NCBI RefSeq assembly: GCF_014280175.1
Contig: NZ_CP047931.1
Location: forward strand, 1,470,001 to 1,502,000
Source: Synechococcus sp. A15-28
GTDB taxonomy: Bacteria; Cyanobacteriota; Cyanobacteriia; PCC-6307; Cyanobiaceae
Direction: 5' to 3'
Length of the DNA stretch: 32,000 bases
Positions 23,871 to 32,000 of the stretch are shown piece after piece. The position numbers were made by a program, and so were the translations under genes. The notes beneath the pieces are model-generated. The model saw only the letters and a list, made by a program, of their open reading frames with translations, was not told the DNA's origin and searched no databases. Within the stretch, counting starts at the first letter, position 1; each line of letters starts with the position of its first letter.

Positions 23871-24226
23871 GGGATCAAGAAAGATTTTAGTTTTCACATT
23901 CTTTTAAACGGCTTTATGTTGAGATGACCACGCATTGTGCCTGACGCCTCGCTTGACTTAAGTCACTGGCATCCATCCATCCGATGACAACGTCGCCAAG
24001 AGCACGGTTGAGCAGCTTCTTGGCACACCGCTGGAAGGAAATGGGGGAACCCTCGCTGATGCGACAGCACAAATACTCATTACTGTTGAGAAGCATTCGT
24101 GCAGAAAAACGGTTGGTCGCCTTGGAATTACTTGATCTCATGCTTGAAGATACCTGCCAACAACTCGACAGCATCTGAATCGACGTATGACATTGACCAT
24201 CAGTTTCCCCTGATCAAGTCACACTG

Positions 24227-24511
24227 ATGACCAGCCTGACTCCGCTCCTTCTTGCCACAGCGGTCAACCTTGTCATGGCGCAAGCCGCTCAGGAGCCCAA
24301 GCAGTGGATCGGTCGCTGTGAGCCGGTCAATGCCGTAATGGTCATGAATCAAGCCCTGACAGAGGGGAAAACCGATGCCGAGGCCTTCGCTGCAGTGGTG
24401 GAAGCACGGTCCTTTGATGGCTCCAAAGCCTGCATCGACTTCATCCGTGAAGCCTCCATGAACATGAGGGAGGGATATCCACGAACATTTCAGTCGCTTT
24501 GGATGGACTGA
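24227..24511 (+). CDS. Hypothetical secreted protein
   Basis: The 94-aa product has a signal-peptide-like N-terminus, MTSLTPLLLATAVNLVMAQA. Confidence 0.6.
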   Translation: MTSLTPLLLATAVNLVMAQAAQEPKQWIGRCEPVNAVMVMNQALTEGKTDAEAFAAVVEARSFDGSKACIDFIREASMNMREGYPRTFQSLWMD

Positions 24512-24589
24512 CGGCGACACGACAGAAGGCGACCTGACAGTGACACCAGATCTGGTGTGTCAACCAGCAGAACTCCCTGTCTGCCCAAC

Positions 24590-24613
24590 AAAAAAGCCGC
24601 CACAACGGGCGGC
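24590..24613 (-). terminator. Terminator-like hairpin on the minus strand with no obvious upstream ORF
   Basis: The minus strand reads GCCGCCCGTTGTGGCGGCTTTTTT. Confidence 0.5.
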
Positions 24614-24843
24614 CGGGTGATGGGGATATCCACAACCTAGCTCAGAAAGCCAGTGGTGCCAGCCTTTTCCAGAGCCAAGGTGACAAAGAACACATCCCGG
24701 CTGTCCACAACCTGTGGAACGTCAAGGCGACGCCATCAAGTCTTTACAGAAATCCCACTAGATCTAGTGCATTTTTAAGATCGCCCGGTCATCAGGCCCT
24801 ATCTTTGGTGCGTTGGCTGGGTGATGGGGATCGCCTGTCCTGT

Positions 24844-24872
24844 AGCCCCCCTGATGTTGAGGGGGGCTTTTT
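24844..24872 (+). terminator. Strong terminator on the plus strand more than 330 bp after the nearest plus-strand stop
   Basis: The stem is AGCCCCCC-TGATGTTGA-GGGGGGCT, followed by TTTT. Confidence 0.65.
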
Positions 24873-24967
24873 ACTGACAACAGCACCATCACAATCCCCT
24901 CAGCCCACCACCAGTCGCCAGGGACAGTCCTGGAAACTGGCTTGATCTGACTGGACAGAACAGGAGA

Positions 24968-25345
24968 TCAATTCATGACGCTGATGCTCGTATCCGCTGG
25001 CTTTCTCGGCCTTCTCTGGCTGACGCAAACCCTGGTGAGACGAAACCTGGACAAACGCCAGGAGCCGCGATGACATGGCCATGACCATGCCGGGCCGTCT
25101 CGGTGACGCGCCTGCCTGATCAGCTCATACTCTTGGTCCGACAGCTCCTGCATGAGAAACACGGAGTTGAGGCGACGGTGATAACGGCAATAGCCGAGAG
25201 AGGCATGAACACCAATGAGCAGTCCCCCAAACAGCAGCAACAGCGACTGATCGGCGGAGGCCCCCACCACCGAGGCAAAGCCCCAGGTGAGCAAGAGCGC
25301 CAGGAGAGCACTGCGGATCAACCGTCGCAAGGGAAGGAAGACCAT
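24968..25345 (-). CDS. Hypothetical two-helix membrane protein, last gene of the maf-mscS-Erv operon
   Basis: MVFLPLRRLIRSALLALLLTWGFASVVG... lies 13 bp downstream of the preceding stop codon (25361-25363). The C-terminal part looks low-complexity and Arg-rich, so its extent is uncertain. Confidence 0.45.
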   Translation of the reverse strand: MVFLPLRRLIRSALLALLLTWGFASVVGASADQSLLLLFGGLLIGVHASLGYCRYHRRLNSVFLMQELSDQEYELIRQARHRDGPAWSWPCHRGSWRLSRFRLTRVCVSQRRPRKPADTSISVMN

Positions 25346-25360
25346 GGACACCCTTGCTGA

Positions 25361-27604
25361 CTAGTTCTCAGTGAACTGGCCACTGCGCGCCAGGATCTCC
25401 TCAGCCGCACTGAAGTGAGGCTCCTCCAGCACCAGATCCTGGTTGTAGCGGTAGTTCTCGTGCAGAAACCTGGACTGTGCCACAGCTTCTTCCACGCCGT
25501 TGATGGCACCGACTGCCCGTGAGCGCACGCTCTTCTGCTGCTCCAGGTCGTCGGCATGCAGTGAGAGCTGCAGTTCATCCCGCAACACCGACAGATGAGC
25601 GGCGCTCTTCACCACGCCATAGATGCGTTGAACCCGATCCCGCTCGATCGATTCCACCCCCAGGGTGTGGGCCCGTTCCAGTTCGGAATCCAGACTCGGC
25701 CAGTAGCGAGAGGTGTAATAAGCACCGGAGTCCTGGTGATACCAGGCTTCACTGCGGGCGATGGAGGAAGACACGGTGTTGTGCAGCTTCCACAGGAACA
25801 AGCGCAGCGATTCACCATCGCTGACCCGGTCGAGCTTGTCCTGCAGGGAAACCTCAATGGTGCTTGTGGCCTCATCCGATCCCAGCAGCAGGTACTCGAT
25901 GGGATACATCGACACCTCGCGGTTGCGCACCACGTAGCGATTGAGATGGAAACGGCAATACGGGCAGGGATACATCGTGGCCAGTGCAGCGAAGAAAGCC
26001 TTGAACGCCTCCACCGATTGCTGCTGCTGCCCATCCGGTTGGTCTGCGATCAGTTCCGCGCTGGTGTGCATGAAGCGCCAGGTCGCGGGGCCGATGTAAT
26101 AGGGGAAGCTCACCCGCATCTGGCTGGCCTCCACGTCATGCCGGCCGACGTGCAGATCCAGGAAGGCGACGTACTGACACAGGAAACCGGATTCACGCCC
26201 GAATTCCTCACGCTCCCGGCGTTTCTGAACACCGTTGAGATAGTGACGCGTCAGCTCCCAGGCCCGCTTCAGCTCCTTCTTCACGCCAAGAGGACGGGAA
26301 TTGAAGGCCTCTTCAGTGGCGTGGCCATAGAGATCGAACTCGCCTGCGGCATGGCGTTCGGCGAACCAGGCATTGAGATCGGCATCATCGGCGTCGTCCC
26401 AGGCCGAGATGTCGTCCTTGGTCACGACTGAGCTCGCCCGCAGCAACAGTGGCATGAACTCGTCGTACCAGTAAGCCGTCGGCATGATCGATCCGGCGAA
26501 GCGCTCATCGTCGGGGTCTACGATCACGCGCTGCCAGCTCTCGTGATACGGACGGCTTGATGCCGGTTTCTGATGATCCAGCTCAGCGGTGACCTCGCGA
26601 TGGTCATCCAGCTGGCGCAGGCGATTCAGCTCATGGCTCTGCAGATCCTCATTGGTGACCTGATCCGGGCTGTGGCCATGCAGCGCCGCCGTGAGCAACA
26701 CCTCCAGCACCACGGAAATGATCTGATGGTGATGGTCGAGCTCCGCCAGTTCCTGCTCCAGCCGACCCTCCGCCTCCAGCATCGCCTCGCTGGGAGACAT
26801 TGACTCCCAGTTGGCCATGCGCTCGCGCAAGGCCTCTTCAGCACCATTCACCGAAGCCCGCAGGCTTTCGAAGGGCTCCTCAGCGCCAGGCTCAACAATG
26901 CCAAGGGAGAGGTAGAGATCCACAGCCGCATTCACGAACCGAACAAAGTCCGGAATCGTGTAGGGAAGGTCGTAGGCCCGGAGATGGGTCTCGGAATTGG
27001 CGGAATAGCTCTCGCGGAAACTGCGGTAGGCCGCACCCTGGATCAATCGGAACCAACCGATCTGCATCTGCAGCGGCGACGTGCCCTTGTGATCACCCTT
27101 GTGACCCCGATCTGAAAGGGAGGCACCGCGGGACACCGCGTGGGAATCAACGGCTCGATGCCCGCCGGTGTAAGCGCGTGGATGGGCTTCGAACCCTTCG
27201 GGCAGGTAATCCAGCAGTCGCTGGAGGTCAATGCGTTCTGAGCCATCCCGTGCCATCTCGATCGCGATGGCATCGGCCGTCTGCTCGGACACCTCAAACA
27301 GATGGATCAACCGTTTGAGATCCTCCAGCTCGATCCAGCCATCACCGTCCTGATCGAGCAGTCGGAACGCCTCGCGGGCCTTGAGATCGGCATCCCCCAC
27401 CTGGAGAGCCAACAGGATGCGCCAATCGTTGAGGGTGATGGCTCCATCCTTAAGCCGGTAAGCGTCAATGGCGCCCTTCAGGTCGTCCACGGTCATGTCC
27501 GCTCCGCCAGCTTGCAGCCGGTCAGCCATGAGCTCCGCCGTCAACCCGCTGGGGGGCAAATAGTCGAACAACCTCTCAAAGGTGACCGATGCCATTGCAG
27601 CCAT
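25361..27604 (-). CDS. EF-hand calcium-binding plus Erv1/ALR-type sulfhydryl-oxidase-like multidomain protein (about 747 aa)
   Basis: A canonical EF-hand loop, DQDGDGWIELEDL, is present. The Erv/ALR signature is TWRFMHTSAE...YPCPYCRFHL...LWKLHNTVSSSI. The start is placed at MAAMASV (27604 or 27595) so that the gene does not overlap mscS. Confidence 0.8.
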   Translation of the reverse strand: MAAMASVTFERLFDYLPPSGLTAELMADRLQAGGADMTVDDLKGAIDAYRLKDGAITLNDWRILLALQVGDADLKAREAFRLLDQDGDGWIELEDLKRLIHLFEVSEQTADAIAIEMARDGSERIDLQRLLDYLPEGFEAHPRAYTGGHRAVDSHAVSRGASLSDRGHKGDHKGTSPLQMQIGWFRLIQGAAYRSFRESYSANSETHLRAYDLPYTIPDFVRFVNAAVDLYLSLGIVEPGAEEPFESLRASVNGAEEALRERMANWESMSPSEAMLEAEGRLEQELAELDHHHQIISVVLEVLLTAALHGHSPDQVTNEDLQSHELNRLRQLDDHREVTAELDHQKPASSRPYHESWQRVIVDPDDERFAGSIMPTAYWYDEFMPLLLRASSVVTKDDISAWDDADDADLNAWFAERHAAGEFDLYGHATEEAFNSRPLGVKKELKRAWELTRHYLNGVQKRREREEFGRESGFLCQYVAFLDLHVGRHDVEASQMRVSFPYYIGPATWRFMHTSAELIADQPDGQQQQSVEAFKAFFAALATMYPCPYCRFHLNRYVVRNREVSMYPIEYLLLGSDEATSTIEVSLQDKLDRVSDGESLRLFLWKLHNTVSSSIARSEAWYHQDSGAYYTSRYWPSLDSELERAHTLGVESIERDRVQRIYGVVKSAAHLSVLRDELQLSLHADDLEQQKSVRSRAVGAINGVEEAVAQSRFLHENYRYNQDLVLEEPHFSAAEEILARSGQFTEN

Positions 27605-27639
27605 CAGGAAAGCAATCCAGTGACTTGAAGTTAATGAGA

Positions 27640-29394
27640 TCAGCGGCCTCCGGCCGTACCCGGCAGCACGCTGCCGAGATCCAGCCCGTCCGCCAGTTGA
27701 ACCCCTCGGCGATGCAGCGCCCGCAGAGCACGGCGTTGAAACTCCCGTTCCGTCGTCCATTGCTCGCCGGCCCGAGTCACCAGCAGCACCTGCATCTGCA
27801 CACCGAGAGCCGTGGTGCGCTTGATGCCCCGAAGGATCGGATCCCCCAGCAACCGATTGCCCCAGACAGGGTCCACACAGAAGTCTTCGATCTCAAGGGA
27901 CAACGTCCGGTAGACGATCTCCAGATCCGTTTGACGGTGGGAAATCACAAAGGTGACCAGGCTTCCGGAGCGCAGCTTCGTGTGGTTTCGCATCTGCAGG
28001 ATCGAGGAATTGTCGAGGATGTTCATCCGTTGATCCAGGCAGCGGATCTGGGTGCTGAACAGGCCCATCTCGATCACTTCTCCTTCGATGCCCGCCACCT
28101 CGATCCAATCGCCAACGGCGTAACGGTCCTCCAGCAACATCACCAATCCAGCCGAAAAATCCCTCAGCAATCCCTGGAACACAAACGCCAGCGCTCCCAG
28201 CAAGGCACCACCGGCCAGCACCAACGACACCGACGCGGAACGCACACCGGGGACATCCAGCAGCACCCAGAGCAACACCACGCCGATCCCGACCACATTG
28301 ATCAGCCGATGGGTTGTGCTCAGCAAACTGCGATAGCGCTGCTGACGCCGGGCCTGCAGCCGCCGGGGGACATCCACATCCCCCGACCACTGGCTGAGCA
28401 GGAAGGTGCTCAGACTGCGCAACAGGAACGTGGCCAGGGTCACCGCCAGAAACTTGATCACAGCAAGCGATGGCTGCAGCACCAGCTCAATCCCTAGAGG
28501 AACTTTCCCGGGGATGGCCACCACCAGGACTCCGATCATCAAGACCAGCAGGTACAGCATCAGCAGCAGCAGCAGCACAGCGATGGTCAGAGCCTGTTCG
28601 GCGTGTAACCGGGTCTCCCCCCTGCGGTCAGAACGGCCCTTGGCCCGAAGCTCGCCATGCAGGCGTGAGGTGCGTTGCCGCAGTCGGCGCCAGAGCAGCA
28701 GCATGGCCGCAAACAACAACAGCAGCATCAGTTCCGTCACCACGACCAGACGGAAGCGTCGGGCCAACTGCGGCGGTGCGTAGATCCTCCGGGCATGGTT
28801 CAGGCGCCCCTCCAGGCGTTCCCGCCAGGCCTGGGCCAGCGCGAGCTCCCGCGCCCCATTGATCTCGGCATCGGCACGGGTCACGGTGAGAAGTGGGAAC
28901 GGTTGCTCACGTCCCGGCAACCGCGCCGCCAGCTGATAGGGACCACTGCCGTCCCGCAGCACCTCCAGGGTCAGTGGCGTGCCGGAACGATCCAGGCCGT
29001 AGCGCTGACCCGCCGTGCAGACGTGAGCGTCGGACTGAAGCAGGCGGTCCAGCATCCACTCGCTGAGCCGCTCGCCGAAACTGCAGAGCTGGTTCGGGTC
29101 GTAGAGGGCGCGCAGATTCCCTTCAATCACCCTGGCCCTGAGCGACGCCTCAATCCCGCTCGGCTCCCCCAGCTGTACCGGGCTGGCAACGGTGATGGCA
29201 GGCACCCCCAGAACCCGAACCTTGGCCAGCTCGTATTTCCCCTCGAACTGCGCCTGCCTGTCCTGTTGTTGCGCAGGGGAGCCCGCCGGACTTGGTGGAA
29301 TGAAATCGAGGATCGAGGCCTGAGCCACCAGGGGCATCAACGCCAACAGCGCTGCCGTTAACCAAAGACCCAGGCGTCGTCTGAAGCGAAACAC
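27640..29394 (-). CDS. MscS-family mechanosensitive ion channel with a large N-terminal periplasmic/transmembrane extension
   Basis: The MscS core LLEDRYAVGDWIEVAGIEGEVIEMGLFSTQIR is present, along with multiple transmembrane helices and a signal-like N-terminus. The start is GTG at 29394 or TTG at 29400, which overlaps the maf stop. The track ATG at 29451 overlaps maf. Confidence 0.85.
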   Translation of the reverse strand: MFRFRRRLGLWLTAALLALMPLVAQASILDFIPPSPAGSPAQQQDRQAQFEGKYELAKVRVLGVPAITVASPVQLGEPSGIEASLRARVIEGNLRALYDPNQLCSFGERLSEWMLDRLLQSDAHVCTAGQRYGLDRSGTPLTLEVLRDGSGPYQLAARLPGREQPFPLLTVTRADAEINGARELALAQAWRERLEGRLNHARRIYAPPQLARRFRLVVVTELMLLLLFAAMLLLWRRLRQRTSRLHGELRAKGRSDRRGETRLHAEQALTIAVLLLLLMLYLLVLMIGVLVVAIPGKVPLGIELVLQPSLAVIKFLAVTLATFLLRSLSTFLLSQWSGDVDVPRRLQARRQQRYRSLLSTTHRLINVVGIGVVLLWVLLDVPGVRSASVSLVLAGGALLGALAFVFQGLLRDFSAGLVMLLEDRYAVGDWIEVAGIEGEVIEMGLFSTQIRCLDQRMNILDNSSILQMRNHTKLRSGSLVTFVISHRQTDLEIVYRTLSLEIEDFCVDPVWGNRLLGDPILRGIKRTTALGVQMQVLLVTRAGEQWTTEREFQRRALRALHRRGVQLADGLDLGSVLPGTAGGR

Positions 29395-29396
29395 GC

Positions 29397-30041
29397 TCAA
29401 CCCGAGGTTGTCTGGACCATTTTGCTGTCCCTGAGGACGGTTCGCAGCCACGGAAGGCTCAGACCGATCACGTTTGAATAACAGCCTTCTAATCCCGCAA
29501 TCAGGGGAGCACCGCGGCCCTCCAAAGCGAAACCGCCGGCGCAGTGAAGTGGCTCCCCGGTGGCGACGTAGGCGTGGATCTCCTCCTCCGTGAGCGCAGC
29601 GAAGTGGACCCTGGTGCTGATGCAGATCAAACGGTTCTCACCGCCGCGAACCAGCAGGGCGTGACCGGTGAGCAGCGAACCGCTGCCTCCGGCCATGCGC
29701 CGCCAGCGCGCGACAGCCTCCTCCGCATCCTGAGGTTTGCCGAACACCTCCCCCTCGAACAGCAGCAGCGAATCGCACCCCAAGACCAGGGAGATGTCAG
29801 GGTCAATGTCCTCCCGAACGGCAGAGGCCTTGGCCAGGGCCAACTGCTGCACCAGCTGGGAGGGATCGTCGTTACGGATGGTGCTTTCATCCACGCCGCT
29901 GACGCGCACGCGATGGGGGATCTGCGCCAGTTCAAGCAGCCGGCGGCGGGCCGGCGATGCAGAAGCCAGAAGCAGCACGGAATCACTCCGGCAGGAACAC
30001 TCCGTAGGCTGCCAGCACTGGGAGATTCCGCCATCGAGCAT
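29397..30041 (-). CDS. maf: Maf-like nucleoside-triphosphate pyrophosphatase / septum formation protein
   Basis: [15 protein letters not shown]...GCDS...GKP......AGGFA.EG matches the Maf family. The start is the ATG at 30041. Confidence 0.85.
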   Translation of the reverse strand: MLDGGISQCWQPTECSCRSDSVLLLASASPARRRLLELAQIPHRVRVSGVDESTIRNDDPSQLVQQLALAKASAVREDIDPDISLVLGCDSLLLFEGEVFGKPQDAEEAVARWRRMAGGSGSLLTGHALLVRGGENRLICISTRVHFAALTEEEIHAYVATGEPLHCAGGFALEGRGAPLIAGLEGCYSNVIGLSLPWLRTVLRDSKMVQTTSG

Positions 30042-30089
30042 CCCACTGAGCTTCTTGATCAACGCAGCCGAGCACGGGCCCTGCGCTCC

Positions 30090-30413
30090 ATGCGCTGCCT
30101 GCCCTTTTCGGCAGCGCTATACCGGGAGCTGCAGCGGCAGGGGCTGGATGCCGACACCATCTGGCAAGACAAGTCCCGCTTCGGTCGTGGCCCGACCTGG
30201 CCACGGGATGGGGAACACCTTGAAGACGATCTGCGCTGGCTGATCACCGTGGGCGTGCTGCGGCGGGAAGTGGACGGCCAGGGGCTCACCAGTCGCTTTC
30301 GACTCACACCCCTGGGACGGGATCTGCTGGAGGCCCGTCAGGCTGAGCTGCTGCAGCCACCGGGCTGGAACGATCGTCTACGGCAGGCGCTGCGGCGCCG
30401 CTGGCCGTTTTGA
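30090..30413 (+). CDS. Conserved hypothetical protein (107 aa)
   Basis: [25 protein letters not shown]... is the C-terminal part of a long track ORF. The upstream part of that ORF is antisense to maf. The stop overlaps the cobQ start. Confidence 0.5.
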   Translation: MRCLPFSAALYRELQRQGLDADTIWQDKSRFGRGPTWPRDGEHLEDDLRWLITVGVLRREVDGQGLTSRFRLTPLGRDLLEARQAELLQPPGWNDRLRQALRRRWPF

Positions 30414-31900
30414 ACGTGCAGCGTCCACTGATGGTGCTGGGGACCTCCAGTGGTGCCGGCAAATCCCTGATGACCGCCGCCCTCTGCCGGGTGCTGCGCC
30501 GCCACGGTGAACAACCCCTGCCGTTCAAAGGGCAGAACATGAGCAACAACGCCTGGGTGGATGCCGATGGCGGCGAGATGGCGTACTCCCAGGCGATGCA
30601 GGCCTGGGCTGCCGGTCTGGAGCCCTGCTGTGCGATGAATCCGGTGCTGCTCAAGCCGCGGGGCGACAGCACCAGTGAGGTGATCCATGGCGGCCGCAGC
30701 GTTGGCCTGGCCCGAGCAGAGCATTACTACCGCGACTGGTTCCGTCCCGGCTGGCAGGCGATCCGCAGCGGGTTGAGCGAGCTGCAGCAGCGGTGGCCCC
30801 AAGGCCGGCTGGTGCTGGAGGGGGCCGGCAGTCCGGTGGAGGTGAATCTGCAGCGACGGGACCTCACCAACCTGCGACTGGCTCAGTACCTCCGCGCCAA
30901 CTGCCTGCTGGTGGCGGACATCGAACGCGGCGGCGTCTTCGCCCAGATCGTCGGCACGCTGGCACTGTTGCGCCCGGTGGAACGGCACTTGATCAAAGGC
31001 ATCCTGATCAACCGTTTCCGCGGGCGACGGGAGCTGTTCGATGAAGGGCGCAGCTGGCTGGAACAACACACAGGCGTTCCGGTGCTTGGCGTCATGCCCT
31101 GGCTGAACGATCTGTTCCCACCGGAGGATTCCCTCGATCTGCTGGAGCGCAAACCGAGCCGAGGGCCCACCGATCTGGAGATCGCGGTGCTGAAGTTGCC
31201 GTCAATCAGCAACTTCTCCGATCTGGACCCATTGGAAGCAGAACCCAGCCTGCGGCTGCGCTGGGTACACCCTGGCGACAGCCTCGGAAGCCCTGATGCT
31301 GTGCTGCTGCCCGGAAGCAAACAGACCCTGCGGGACCTCGAGGCTCTGCGCAGCAGCGGACTGGACCGTCAACTGGTGGAATTCACCAGTCGTGGAGGCT
31401 CACTGCTGGCGATCTGCGGTGGCATGCAGCTGATCGGGCGCGCGTTGCACGACCCAGATCAACTGGAGGGAGGCGATGGGGTTGGGCCCTGGCCCGGGCT
31501 CGGGCTGTTGCCCCTCACCACGCGCTTCGGTGGAACAAAGGCCCTGCGGCAACGCGAGGTGCAAGCGCTCTGGCCGGAAACAACCCCGATCTCCGGCTTC
31601 GAACTGCACCACGGCAGCACCCAGGCCAGCGATGACCTGCTGCCGCTCTGCCATGAGCCGGGTCTCGGCTGGTGGAGCTCAACGCCATCTGGTGGGACCA
31701 TCATCGGCACTTATCTGCATGGTCTTCTCGACAACGGCCCCTGGCGGCGTCATTGGCTGAATCAACTGCGCAAACGCAAGGGGCTGACGGACCTGGCCAC
31801 CAACCTGCCGAACCATGGGGAGCACCGCCATCAACTGCTCGAACGCCTGGCCGATGCCTTCGAGCAACATGTGGACCTCTCACCCCTGTTGCAGTCGTGA
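30410..31900 (+). CDS. cobQ: Cobyric acid synthase
   Basis: [20 protein letters not shown] is the P-loop-like CobQ N-domain. The C-terminal GATase3 domain contains ICGGMQ and HG. The product is 496 aa and the start is uncertain (TTG 30410 or GTG 30416). Confidence 0.9.
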   Translation: MNVQRPLMVLGTSSGAGKSLMTAALCRVLRRHGEQPLPFKGQNMSNNAWVDADGGEMAYSQAMQAWAAGLEPCCAMNPVLLKPRGDSTSEVIHGGRSVGLARAEHYYRDWFRPGWQAIRSGLSELQQRWPQGRLVLEGAGSPVEVNLQRRDLTNLRLAQYLRANCLLVADIERGGVFAQIVGTLALLRPVERHLIKGILINRFRGRRELFDEGRSWLEQHTGVPVLGVMPWLNDLFPPEDSLDLLERKPSRGPTDLEIAVLKLPSISNFSDLDPLEAEPSLRLRWVHPGDSLGSPDAVLLPGSKQTLRDLEALRSSGLDRQLVEFTSRGGSLLAICGGMQLIGRALHDPDQLEGGDGVGPWPGLGLLPLTTRFGGTKALRQREVQALWPETTPISGFELHHGSTQASDDLLPLCHEPGLGWWSSTPSGGTIIGTYLHGLLDNGPWRRHWLNQLRKRKGLTDLATNLPNHGEHRHQLLERLADAFEQHVDLSPLLQS

Positions 31901-32000
31901 GCAGCATCGCCGTGCGCTGGCCGGATGGCCACACCACACAGGAGACCGTTGGCAGCGACTGGTTGCAGGCTGCTGCCAAGGCGGGGGTTGCCATTCCCAC
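31897..32000 (+). CDS. Partial ORF, possibly a 2Fe-2S ferredoxin-like protein; runs off the window end
   Basis: A GTG overlaps the cobQ stop. The product begins [34 protein letters not shown]. The family guess rests on the N-terminal pattern only. Confidence 0.3.
   Translation, partial: MSSIAVRWPDGHTTQETVGSDWLQAAAKAGVAIP

Noticed and set aside
23914-24178. Overlapping ORFs on opposite strands (86 aa on the minus strand at 23914-24174; 64 aa on the plus strand at 23984-24178)
   Set aside because: Neither has a Shine-Dalgarno sequence, recognisable motifs or a terminator. I cannot decide which strand is coding, if either, so no feature is called.
968-31900. Many long antisense or overlapping ORFs inside high-GC genes, for example 1334-2035, 3196-3924, 12797-13582, 14404-15375, 21859-22269, 25595-26431, 27589-28497, 28675-29361, 29544-30089 and 30338-31069
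   Set aside because: These are typical stop-poor shadow frames of GC-rich coding DNA. Their products are Arg/Pro/Gly/Ala-rich low-complexity sequence, and each overlaps a gene with clear family motifs.

Overview
The window looks like a high-GC marine picocyanobacterial (Synechococcus-like) core chromosome; this is inferred from gene content and composition, with no search run. Core genes are lepA, an SMR pump, mqo, a NifU-like gene, a DUF4079 gene, a class-V aminotransferase, murE, yidD, rpsD, and a maf / mscS / EF-hand-Erv operon followed by cobQ. Two visibly AT-rich accessory blocks interrupt this core.

Island 1 (about 4.35-12.84 kb) looks like an intact integrative element. It has a tyrosine integrase at its right end and 35-bp attL/attR direct repeats. 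Paired TTTAGTCACA motifs lie just inside both ends. It also carries a winged-helix Rep-like gene preceded by a strictly 29-bp-periodic iteron array. The cargo includes a voltage-gated K+ channel, secreted proteins and a fasciclin protein. The element sits in the 5' end of the aminotransferase gene, supplies a substitute start codon and N-terminus, and leaves the native start as an 18-codon stub.

Island 2 (about 16.77-21.93 kb) sits at the 3' end of rpsD, and the rpsD tail is present three times: one functional copy, one fresh remnant with its terminator, and one decayed remnant. This suggests two successive insertions, and no integrase is present in either. Its cargo is a very AT-rich atypical class-I glutamine-amidotransferase-like protein, small ORFs, a DUF4278 gene with a perfect NtcA-type palindrome, and a fatty-acid desaturase.

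In the core, an EF-hand plus Erv1/ALR sulfhydryl-oxidase-like fusion protein lies directly downstream of an MscS channel gene. All calls come from reading the sequence and the ORF track. No database search, fold prediction or composition statistic was computed.
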